A stretch of 64,000 nucleotides of DNA from contig LNDQ01000098.1 in assembly GCA_001464695.1 (NCBI GenBank), positions 76,771 to 140,770 on the forward strand, in the 5' to 3' direction. Below, in pieces: positions 30,146 through 37,752 of this stretch (positions within the stretch are counted from its first letter, which is position 1; every line of letters starts with the position of its first letter). Source of the DNA: Betaproteobacteria bacterium Ga0077523. GTDB taxonomy: Bacteria; Pseudomonadota; Gammaproteobacteria; Burkholderiales; Ga0077523. Made by a program: the position numbers and the translations under genes. The notes under the pieces were generated by a model. The model saw only the letters and a list, made by a program, of their open reading frames with translations. It did no database searches and had not been told where the DNA came from.

Positions 30146-30407
30146 GAGCTACCTCCAGAAAGTCGACGACGTCGGCCCGCAGGTCGACGCCGGGAAACTG
30201 TTGCTCGAGTTCGGTGATGATGCCGTTCAGGCTGCGCGTGCCGTCCACGCGCTTCATGATCTCTCCGGAACTGCCCGGCAGTTTCACCATGCCTTCGGGG
30301 TAGAGGATCACGTGGCAGTCCTGCGCCGGTTCCCATTGGAACCGGTAGTACTTGGCGATCTCGATGGGGGCATCGTGATCGAAGGCGATTCTTTGCGGCT
30401 GGCCCAT
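30108..30407 (-). CDS. pqqD: PQQ biosynthesis peptide chaperone PqqD
   Basis: 99 aa, YYRFQWEPAQDCHVILYPEGMVKLPGSSGEIM. It overlaps the pqqE start, and its ATG overlaps the pqqC TGA. Confidence 0.93.
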   Translation of the reverse strand: MGQPQRIAFDHDAPIEIAKYYRFQWEPAQDCHVILYPEGMVKLPGSSGEIMKRVDGTRSLNGIITELEQQFPGVDLRADVVDFLEVAHGNGWIRPKAPR

Positions 30408-31126
30408 CAGAGGAGCGTCCGGTCGCCGATGCCATAGTTGATGGCCATCGCGTCGCACATGGTCCACAGCACGTCCAGTTTGAACTGCAGGATGTCGAGC
30501 GCACGCTCCTGCTGCTCGCGCGTCTTGAAGTACTGCAGCGTGACGCGCAGCCCATGCTCGACGTCGCGCCGTGCTTCGGACAGGCGCTTGCGAAAGTACG
30601 CGTAGCCGGCCTGGTCGATCCAGGGATAGTGCTGGGGCCAGTTGGCGAGCCGCTCCTTGTGGATCTCGGGGGCGAACAGTTCGGTGAGGGAAGAGCACAC
30701 CGCTTCCTGCCAGGGGCGTGTGCGGCCGAAGTTGATGTATGCGTCGATCGCGAAGCGCACGCCGGGCAGCACGTGCTTGAGCGACGTGACTTCAGCGCGG
30801 TCGAGGCCCACGGCATCGGCGAGTGTCAGCCACGCCTCGATGCCGCCCTCGTCACCCTGGGTGCCGTCGTGGTCGATGATGCGCTGGATCCACAGGCGGC
30901 GATGCTCGCGGTCCGGCATGTTGGACATGATGCCGGCATCCTTGATCGGGATCGCGATCTGATAGTAGAAGCGGTTGCAGACCCAACCCTGGATCTGCTC
31001 CTTGGTGAGCTTGCCGCTGTTCATCGCCACGTGATACGGGTGGTAGATGTGATAACGGCTGCCCTTGGCGCGCAACTGCGCCTCGAATTCTTCCTTGGTC
31101 CACGGCAGGTTCTCGGCGGCTCCCAT
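30407..31126 (-). CDS. pqqC: pyrroloquinoline-quinone synthase PqqC
   Basis: [32 protein letters not shown] and RIIDHDG. The start is MGAAENL at 31126, behind GGGGGAGAG. Confidence 0.95.
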   Translation of the reverse strand: MGAAENLPWTKEEFEAQLRAKGSRYHIYHPYHVAMNSGKLTKEQIQGWVCNRFYYQIAIPIKDAGIMSNMPDREHRRLWIQRIIDHDGTQGDEGGIEAWLTLADAVGLDRAEVTSLKHVLPGVRFAIDAYINFGRTRPWQEAVCSSLTELFAPEIHKERLANWPQHYPWIDQAGYAYFRKRLSEARRDVEHGLRVTLQYFKTREQQERALDILQFKLDVLWTMCDAMAINYGIGDRTLL

Positions 31127-31136
31127 GGCTCTCCCC

Positions 31137-32051
31137 CTACAAGGTGATGTCCATCCCGTCGAACGCAACCTCGATCCGGTGGCGGGTGAGTTCTGCCCGC
31201 TCGGCCGAGTCCTCGTTCAGGATCGGATTGGTGTTGTTGATGTGGATGAGGATCTTGCGGCTCGCGCGCAGCGGATCGAGCACGTCGATCATGCCACCGG
31301 ACCCCGATTGCGGCAGGTGTCCTATGTCGCGTGCTTTCTTCTTCGAGATGCCGAGCCGCACCATCTCGTCGTCGGTCCAGAACGTGCCGTCCACCATCAC
31401 GCAGTCGGCCTGTTCCAGGAACGGTTTCAGGTGCGGCTCGATTTCGCCCAACCCGGGTGCATAGAACACGTTCTTGCCGGTACGAGTGTCGGTGATGCGC
31501 ATCCCGACGTTGTCGCCCTCGTGCGGGTTGTCGCGATGTGGCGAGTAGGGCGGCGCCTTGCTCTTGAGCGGCACCGCGGTGAACGACAGGTGCTCGCCGC
31601 CGGGCACTTCGAAGCGGTTGCCCGATGCGGTGGGCAGCTGGTGCCAGTTCACGCCGCAGTAGTGCCCGAGGATGTTGAACAGCGGATTGCCGGTGGTCAT
31701 GTCCTCGCGGACCATGTCGGTGCAGAACAGTTCGAGCGGCTTGCCTTCGCGCAGCATCAGAAGGCCGGTGGTGTGATCGATCTGGCCGTCCATCAGCACC
31801 ACGGCGCGGATGCCGGTGTCGCGCAGGCCGCGTGCCGGTTGCAGTGCAGGAAAACCGCGGATCTGCTGCAGGATGTCAGGGGAGGCATTGAACAGCACCC
31901 AGTCGACGTCATTGCCGCTCACCGCGATCGACGATTGCGTGCGCGCCTGCGCCCGGACGGTGCCCTTGCGCAGGCCGTCGCAGTTCGGGCAATTGCAATT
32001 CCACTGCGGAAAGCCGCCGCCTGCGGCTGCTCCGAGAACTCGGATTCTCAT
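31137..32051 (-). CDS. pqqB: PQQ biosynthesis protein PqqB (MBL fold)
   Basis: [24 protein letters not shown]... Confidence 0.95.
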   Translation of the reverse strand: MRIRVLGAAAGGGFPQWNCNCPNCDGLRKGTVRAQARTQSSIAVSGNDVDWVLFNASPDILQQIRGFPALQPARGLRDTGIRAVVLMDGQIDHTTGLLMLREGKPLELFCTDMVREDMTTGNPLFNILGHYCGVNWHQLPTASGNRFEVPGGEHLSFTAVPLKSKAPPYSPHRDNPHEGDNVGMRITDTRTGKNVFYAPGLGEIEPHLKPFLEQADCVMVDGTFWTDDEMVRLGISKKKARDIGHLPQSGSGGMIDVLDPLRASRKILIHINNTNPILNEDSAERAELTRHRIEVAFDGMDITL

Positions 32052-32103
32052 TCTGGCGTCTCACTTGGCGCTGCTGGGTCCCGGATGGTGAACCCGGGTA
32101 CTG

Positions 32104-32135
32104 AAAAACGAAAGCCCCGTAGACCGGGGCTTTCG
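32104..32135 (-). terminator. hairpin plus T-tract (attenuator/terminator) between pqqA and pqqB
   Basis: On the minus strand: CGAAAGCCCCG-GTCTA-CGGGGCTTTCG followed by TTTTT. Confidence 0.75.
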
Positions 32136-32152
32136 TCGGCCTGCCGCGGAAC

Positions 32153-32224
32153 TTAGCGGTTGGCGATGTACATCGTGACTTCGAAGCCGAAACGCATTTC
32201 GGTGTACTCAGGCTTGTTCCACAT
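32153..32224 (-). CDS. pqqA: PQQ precursor peptide PqqA (copy 1)
   Basis: Not in the ORF track. Hand translation gives [23 protein letters not shown], which contains the E-x3-Y cross-link motif. GGAGG Shine-Dalgarno sequence lies 5 nt upstream. Confidence 0.93.
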   Translation of the reverse strand: MWNKPEYTEMRFGFEVTMYIANR

Positions 32225-32432
32225 GCTGACCTCCAGATGATAGAGTTTAGAGTCTTGCGGCACGGATGCCGCCACGGTGAGCGATACCGCGACTCGCACT
32301 TCAGGTCCAGCAGGCGGCGATGGCTCGAATGATCGAGTTGCACCGTCTCCTTCCGGCCACAGTCCCGGTATCTCGGGGAGGTAGTGTCAGGGAAGGCCCA
32401 CGGGTATCCCACACAAAAATCAGCAATGTGGC

Positions 32433-32449
32433 CTCATGAATATCATGAG
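32433..32449. promoter_or_regulatory. perfect 7-3-7 palindrome CTCATGA-ATA-TCATGAG (candidate operator)
   Basis: Lies in the pqqA/tonB divergent region, 24 nt upstream of the tonB ATG. The same arms recur at 37441..37457. Confidence 0.5.
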
Positions 32450-32473
32450 TTTGGACGGTAGGGCTTTGACGGG

Positions 32474-33952
32474 ATGAATGCGCCTGCCTACGCTCGTCCC
32501 ATGGATCGAACCATTTCTGCGACCGCTCGACCCTGGCGCCCCGAAGCCGCACCCGAGTGGTACGGCGACCGGCTGTTCCTGGCAGCGCTTGCGATCTCGA
32601 TCGTCTTCCACACGCTCAACGTGATCGTGCTGCCGAAGCTGTTGAAGTCGGTCAAGTTCGTCGAGAAGCCGCCGCTCGTGGTCGAACTCATCGAGCCGAA
32701 GAAACCGGAGCCGCCGCCGCCGAAGAAGGTTGAACCGCCGCCGAAACCCAAGCCCGTGGCCGCGGTCAAGGTGCCCGAGCCGGTCGCGCGGGTCGAGCCG
32801 AAGCTCGAGGCCCGGCCCGAGTTGAAGCCGCTCCCGATTCCGGAGACCCGGCCGCAAGTGCAGCCGCAGCCGCGTGCGGAAGTGCGCCCGCAGGTGCCGC
32901 AGCAGGTCCGCCCCGAATTGCGGACGGAACCGCGCCTCGAGCCGCAGGCCGCGATCACGCCGGAGCCGATGCCGGACGTGAAGCCGCAGGTGCGCCCGGA
33001 AGTGCGTCCCGAGGTGAAGCCTGAAGTGCGTCCCGACCTCAAGCCGACTGCGCGTCCGGAAGCGCGTGTCGAACCGCGGCTGGAGGCGCGTACGCCGGTG
33101 GCACCTACCCCCGTGCCGGACGTGAAACCGACACCGCGCCCCGAGCCGCGTCAGGAGGTCCGGCCGGAAGTGCGTCCGGACGTGAGGCCTGATCCGCGCC
33201 CGCAATTGCAGACCGCGCCGACGTTGACCGCGCGCACCGAATCGCCCGTGGAAGTGCAGGTGCCGACCGCACCGCCACCGCGTCCTGAAGCGCCGACGGC
33301 ACGCGTAGAGCCGCGGCCCGAAGTGTCCGCCAGCAAGCCCGCACCCGTGGTTGCTGCACCGGCGGCGCCCACGGCGTCGGTCGCGCCGCCGGTCCCCACC
33401 GCCGCGCCCTCGGTGACGCCGCAGCAGACTGCGCCGACGGCGCGGGTGGAACCGCGGCCCGAGGTTCAGGCAGCCAAGCCAGCGCCGGTGGTTGCGGCGC
33501 CCGCGGTGGCTGCCGCGGTGGTGGCTCCACCTCCCCCGACCGCGGCGCCCGCAGTGACTGCCACACCTACGGCACCTGCACCTGCGGCGCCCACGGCCGC
33601 AAGCCAGGGCCCCGCCAAGCCTACGCCTGCTGGGGCTCCGACAACCGCTGCGATCGATACCTCTGCCTTGAAGAACTACGCGCTTCAGATCTCAATGGAG
33701 ATTCGCAAAGACCAATTCTATCCGCGGCGCGCCCGCACCATCGGCTGGCAGGGCACGACAGAGGTGCTGATCCGCATGAGCGCGGATGCCAAGGTGAAAG
33801 AGGTCACCATAGCGAAGTCCAGCGGTTACGACGTGCTCGACCAAGAGGCGCTGGAGAAGGTGCGGCGAGCGAAACACCTGCCGCCAGCGCCCGAGAATTT
33901 CAAGGACCGCGAGTTCACGGTCCTGGTGCCGATCGTCTTCAAGCTCGAATGA
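32474..33952 (+). CDS. tonB: TonB family energy transducer with a very long Pro-rich spacer
   Basis: N-terminal TM segment with the S-x3-H motif (AISIVFH), about 340 aa of (R/K/E)P repeats, and a C-terminal TonB domain (YPRRARTIGWQGTTEVLIRM...SSGYDVLDQEALEKVRRAKHLPPAP). Confidence 0.88.
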   Translation: MNAPAYARPMDRTISATARPWRPEAAPEWYGDRLFLAALAISIVFHTLNVIVLPKLLKSVKFVEKPPLVVELIEPKKPEPPPPKKVEPPPKPKPVAAVKVPEPVARVEPKLEARPELKPLPIPETRPQVQPQPRAEVRPQVPQQVRPELRTEPRLEPQAAITPEPMPDVKPQVRPEVRPEVKPEVRPDLKPTARPEARVEPRLEARTPVAPTPVPDVKPTPRPEPRQEVRPEVRPDVRPDPRPQLQTAPTLTARTESPVEVQVPTAPPPRPEAPTARVEPRPEVSASKPAPVVAAPAAPTASVAPPVPTAAPSVTPQQTAPTARVEPRPEVQAAKPAPVVAAPAVAAAVVAPPPPTAAPAVTATPTAPAPAAPTAASQGPAKPTPAGAPTTAAIDTSALKNYALQISMEIRKDQFYPRRARTIGWQGTTEVLIRMSADAKVKEVTIAKSSGYDVLDQEALEKVRRAKHLPPAPENFKDREFTVLVPIVFKLE

Positions 33953-33983
33953 CTACGCGCCCGCCGGCAGGCGTCGACGCGGC

Positions 33984-34931
33984 GTGAGCACGCTCTATCC
34001 CCCACTCGAGCCCCATCGCTCGGGGCATCTCGACGTGACCGGAGGCCATCGCATCTGGTTCGAGGTGAGCGGCAATCCGTCCGGGCGGCCGGTGCTGTTC
34101 CTGCATGGCGGTCCGGGCAGTTCGACCAAGCCCGACCATCGCCGCTATTTCGACCCCGCGCACTATCGCATCGTGCTGTTCGACCAACGCGGTTGCGGGC
34201 GGAGCCTGCCGGCGGGCGGCATCGACGACAACACCACGGCGCATCTCATCGACGACATCGAGCGCCTGAGGATCGAGCTGGGCGTCGAGCGCTGGCTGCT
34301 GTTCGGCGGTTCGTGGGGCAGCACGCTGGCACTCGCCTATGCGCAGACGCATCCGAAGCGAGTGGATCGCCTGATCCTGCGTGGCATCTTCCTCGCATCG
34401 CACGCTGAACTCGACTGGTATTTCGTCGGGCTGCGGCAGTTCATTCCCGAGGCGTGGGGCGAGTTGTGGAGCGTCGCCCCCGGACTGTCATGGCCGCAAC
34501 TGGTGCGCTGGTACTACTCGAATCTTTACGGATCGCAAGCGAGCGCGGTCGCGGCCCGCTGGAGTGCGTTCGAGACGGCGGTCATGTCGATCGGCGAGAG
34601 CCAGCCGCTCGCACCCCCGGCAAGTGCCGGCGACGGCGTGCTCGCCCGTGCCCGCGTCCAGGTGCACTATCTCGCGCACGACTGTTTTCTGCGCCCCGGA
34701 CAACTGCTCGACGACATGCCGCGTATCGCGCATCTTCCCGCCAGGTTGCTGCACGGCCGACAGGATTTCGTCTGCCCGCCGTCCACCGCCTACGATCTCG
34801 CCCGCCGCTGGCCGCAGGCGCGGCTCACCTACGTGGAGCAGGCGAAGCACGCCTCGTCCCATCCGGCGCTGGAGCGGGAGCTGATCGCGGCTGCCGATGC
34901 CGCGCGCGATATCGAACGCGTTCCGGGGTGA
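33984..34931 (+). CDS. pip: prolyl aminopeptidase (proline iminopeptidase, S33 alpha/beta hydrolase)
   Basis: LFLHGGPGSS, VLFDQRGCGRS and GGSWGSTLALAYA (nucleophile elbow). Confidence 0.9.
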   Translation: MSTLYPPLEPHRSGHLDVTGGHRIWFEVSGNPSGRPVLFLHGGPGSSTKPDHRRYFDPAHYRIVLFDQRGCGRSLPAGGIDDNTTAHLIDDIERLRIELGVERWLLFGGSWGSTLALAYAQTHPKRVDRLILRGIFLASHAELDWYFVGLRQFIPEAWGELWSVAPGLSWPQLVRWYYSNLYGSQASAVAARWSAFETAVMSIGESQPLAPPASAGDGVLARARVQVHYLAHDCFLRPGQLLDDMPRIAHLPARLLHGRQDFVCPPSTAYDLARRWPQARLTYVEQAKHASSHPALERELIAAADAARDIERVPG

Positions 34932-36718
34932 GCGGCGTGAGCCTGCGCTTTCGCATCAATCTGCTCATCACGGTGCTCACGGCGCTCTTCACCGCTGCGT
35001 TGATCCACGTCATGGTCCAGGATGCGCGCCGTTCGATCCGCGAGGAGATGGAGGGTGCGAATCGCGCCACGTTGCAACTGCTGTCCACCGTCATCCGGGA
35101 TGCTCAGTTGAGTGCCAAGGCCGGGCAGGGAAGCGCGTCGCTACTGCTGTTCCTGCGGGACCTGGGGCGCGTGCGGGCTCACGATATCCGCCTGTACGAC
35201 TACGACGATCAGTTGCTGTACACGTCGCCGCCGTCGGCCTACAAGCCTGGCCGTGCCGCGCCCGCGTGGTTCATCAAGCTGGTGCAGCCGGAGATGCCGC
35301 TCATCAACCTGCCGGTCGCGGGCGGCAACGTGACCGTCACGGTCGACGCATCGCGGTCGATCCTCGACGCGTGGGACGATATCAACAACCTCATGCTGCT
35401 GATCCTGGGGTTCGTGGTGGCGGCGAACCTGCTGGTCTTCTTCTTCACGGGGCGTGCGTTGAAGCCGGTCAGCACCGTGCTCGAAGGTCTGAAGCGCATG
35501 GAACGTGGCGAGTTCGATGCGCGCATGCCACGGTTCGCGCTGCCTGAATTCGACGCCATCAGTCATACGTTCAATGGCATGGCTGATGCGCTCGCCGAAT
35601 CCCACGCCGAGAACCGTCGCCTCGCGTTGATCGCGGAACAATCGGGTGACGCAATCCTGATCCAGGATCTCGAAGGCCTCGTCTCGTACTGGAACCCGGC
35701 GGCAGAGCGACTGTTCGGCTGGACAGCGGGGGAGATCCTGGGCCGATCCGCGACGCTGATCGCGCCGCCGGATCGCCTCGACGAGTTCCGGGCCCACACG
35801 GAAACCATCCGCGCACGCGGCGTGGTCGATCACGTGGAGACGCAGCGGCTCGCCCGCGACGGGCGGTTGATCGAAGTCGCGCTGAGCGCGGCACCTCTGG
35901 TGGATCCGGCGAGCAGCACCGTGATCGGCGAGATCTGCTCGCTGCGCGACATCACCGAGGTCAAGCGCGCGCGCGAAGCGGAGGCCGAACTTGCCCAGAA
36001 TCGCCGTCTGACACAGGTGATCCAGAGCCGCCTCGAGGAGGAACGCCATGGCATCGCGCGCGAACTGCACGATGAACTCGGCCAGTGCCTCACGGCGATC
36101 AAGACCATCGGTGCGGTGATCGCCAACCGTACCGAAGGCACGCAACCGGAGATACACGAGAACGCCGAGACCATCGTTTCGGTCACCGAGCGCATGTACG
36201 ATTCGGTCCACGGCATCATCCGCCAGTTGCGGCCGAGCGCGCTGGACCATCTCGGCCTGCGCGAGACACTTGAGGAGGCGGTGGCGAACTGGCGCCGGTT
36301 GAACCCCACCATCCAATGCAGGCTCGATCTGGACGGCGCGCTCGACGCGCTCGGCGAGCGCGTCAACATCACCGTCTATCGCATCGTGCAGGAATGCCTC
36401 ACCAACATCGCGAAGCATGCAGGCGCTAGCGAGGCGTCGGTCAGCGTGAGCCACACGGGCGCGGAGCAGGATGAAAGCCTCGAGATCGTGGCGCGCGACA
36501 ACGGCAAAGGCCTCGTGGCGCGCGATCCGCGGGAAGCCGTGCGCTTCGGGCTGATGGGCATGCGCGAACGCACGGAGGCGCTCGGCGGATCGTTCGTCAT
36601 CGAGAGCGAGGTGGGCAAGGGGGTCACGGTGCGCGTGTCGATTCCGCTGGCCGGTGGTGTCGCCCGCAACGGGCTGAACCACGGAGCGGTGCGGGACGCC
36701 CGGGGCTCGCCGGCATGA
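34928..36718 (+). CDS. NarX/UhpB-type sensor histidine kinase (TM-HAMP-PAS-HisKA_3-HATPase)
   Basis: The H-box RELHDELGQCLTAIK, a PAS segment (AILIQDLEGLVSYWNPAAERLFGW) and an HATPase C-terminus. GTG at 34928 overlaps the pip TGA. ORF 34454..36718 is over-extended. Confidence 0.88.
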   Translation: MSGVSLRFRINLLITVLTALFTAALIHVMVQDARRSIREEMEGANRATLQLLSTVIRDAQLSAKAGQGSASLLLFLRDLGRVRAHDIRLYDYDDQLLYTSPPSAYKPGRAAPAWFIKLVQPEMPLINLPVAGGNVTVTVDASRSILDAWDDINNLMLLILGFVVAANLLVFFFTGRALKPVSTVLEGLKRMERGEFDARMPRFALPEFDAISHTFNGMADALAESHAENRRLALIAEQSGDAILIQDLEGLVSYWNPAAERLFGWTAGEILGRSATLIAPPDRLDEFRAHTETIRARGVVDHVETQRLARDGRLIEVALSAAPLVDPASSTVIGEICSLRDITEVKRAREAEAELAQNRRLTQVIQSRLEEERHGIARELHDELGQCLTAIKTIGAVIANRTEGTQPEIHENAETIVSVTERMYDSVHGIIRQLRPSALDHLGLRETLEEAVANWRRLNPTIQCRLDLDGALDALGERVNITVYRIVQECLTNIAKHAGASEASVSVSHTGAEQDESLEIVARDNGKGLVARDPREAVRFGLMGMRERTEALGGSFVIESEVGKGVTVRVSIPLAGGVARNGLNHGAVRDARGSPA

Positions 36719-37356
36719 GCGGCACGATCAAGGTCATGCTGGCCGACGACCACGCGGTGGTGCGCATGGGCTTCCGGCTCCTGCTGGAGGGCTCGCCCGA
36801 CATCCGTGTCGTGGCCGAAGCGGAAAGCGGCGAGGATGCGGTGCGGCGGTTCGCCGAAGTGAAACCGGACGTGGTCGTGCTCGACCTGTCGATGCCCGGC
36901 ATCGGTGGCCTCGAAGCGCTCTCCCGCATCCTGGCGCGCGAACCGACCGCCAAGGTGCTGGTGCTGACCGCCCACGAAGACGCCATGCACGCGAGGCGGG
37001 TCTTGAAAGCCGGGGCGCTGGGATACCTGTCCAAGCGGAGCGCCGCGGAAGAACTGATCCAGGCGATCCGTCAGGTGTGGGCCGGCCGGACCTTCCTGGA
37101 GCCGGCGATCGCCCAGCAACTCGCCGTGCAGCAGCTCACCGGGGAGCGCAACCCCGTGGACATGCTCTCCGAGAAGGAATTCAAGGTGTTCCTGGCGCTG
37201 GCCCGCGGCCAGAGCGTTGCCGACATTGCCGAGGTCATGTCGCTGAGCCCGCGGACCATCGGAACACATCTTTACAATATCAAACAAAAGCTTGGCGCTT
37301 CCAACTCGGCCGAGCTGGCGATTGTTGCAATGCGGCACGGATTGCTGGAGCCCTGA
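36715..37356 (+). CDS. NarL/FixJ-family response regulator
   Basis: Receiver domain (VMLADDH, VVVLDLSMPG) and LuxR HTH (LSEKEFKVFLALARGQSVADIAEVMSLSPRTIGTHLYNIKQKLG). The ATG overlaps the kinase TGA. Confidence 0.93.
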   Translation: MSGTIKVMLADDHAVVRMGFRLLLEGSPDIRVVAEAESGEDAVRRFAEVKPDVVVLDLSMPGIGGLEALSRILAREPTAKVLVLTAHEDAMHARRVLKAGALGYLSKRSAAEELIQAIRQVWAGRTFLEPAIAQQLAVQQLTGERNPVDMLSEKEFKVFLALARGQSVADIAEVMSLSPRTIGTHLYNIKQKLGASNSAELAIVAMRHGLLEP

Positions 37357-37365
37357 GGTGACATC

Positions 37366-37439
37366 CCCCCGATGGGCCTTCGGCCCTTCCCCCAAGGGGC
37401 GGCCCTCTTGGGGCGGCCCGGCGAGGGCCCGGCGCCACA
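37366..37439 (-). repeat. REP-like element, family A variant
   Basis: The reverse complement starts TGTGGCGCCGGGCC...GGCCGCCCCAAG. It carries nested G/C hairpins (CCCCAAGGGG, GGCCCTCTTGGGGC). Confidence 0.55.
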
Positions 37440-37440
37440 T

Positions 37441-37457
37441 CTCATGAAAATCATGAG
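37441..37457. promoter_or_regulatory. perfect 7-3-7 palindrome CTCATGA-AAA-TCATGAG (candidate operator, or a weak terminator stem)
   Basis: Arms identical to 32433..32449. Lies 131 nt upstream of the second pqqA. Confidence 0.5.
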
Positions 37458-37588
37458 GGGCTTTTACGGGTTTTGCGATGGTTCCTGTTCCTGGGGTGTG
37501 GAGAATAGTCATCAAGCCGTGACTGCGGCTTCCAGTGCACCACCCGAAGAACTGTCCCCAGACGAACCGACCCCTGAAGGAGCTGACC

Positions 37589-37660
37589 ATGTGGAACAAG
37601 CCTGAGTACACCGAAATGCGTTTCGGCTTCGAAGTCACGATGTACATCGCCAACCGCTAA
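37589..37660 (+). CDS. pqqA: PQQ precursor peptide PqqA (copy 2, orphan)
   Basis: Not in the ORF track. It matches copy 1 at 72/72 nt ([23 protein letters not shown]) and has its own GAAGGAG Shine-Dalgarno sequence. The flanks are unrelated to those of copy 1. Confidence 0.9.
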   Translation: MWNKPEYTEMRFGFEVTMYIANR

Positions 37661-37752
37661 TCGCGGCTGGTAGTGCTGCCGCTGCCTCGTCCAGGAGTCA
37701 TGCCTCCGGCACGGCGCGACACAAGAACAAATCGGTGTAGAGGAAGACCCGC

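Noticed and set aside
32260-32274. Sigma-54-like element TGGCGGCATCCGTGC upstream of pqqA copy 1, with correct GG-N10-GC spacing about 35 nt before the ATG.
   Set aside because: The -12 region (GTGC) is weak, nothing equivalent precedes pqqA copy 2, and no enhancer-binding protein is linked to pqq here. It could be chance in GC-rich DNA, so I have not reported it as a feature.
37661-37752. Possible riboswitch (for example cobalamin) in the leader of the TonB-dependent receptor.
   Set aside because: The region is only 92 nt, lacks the B12-box or other conserved riboswitch cores I can recognise, and is too short for known receptor-associated riboswitches.
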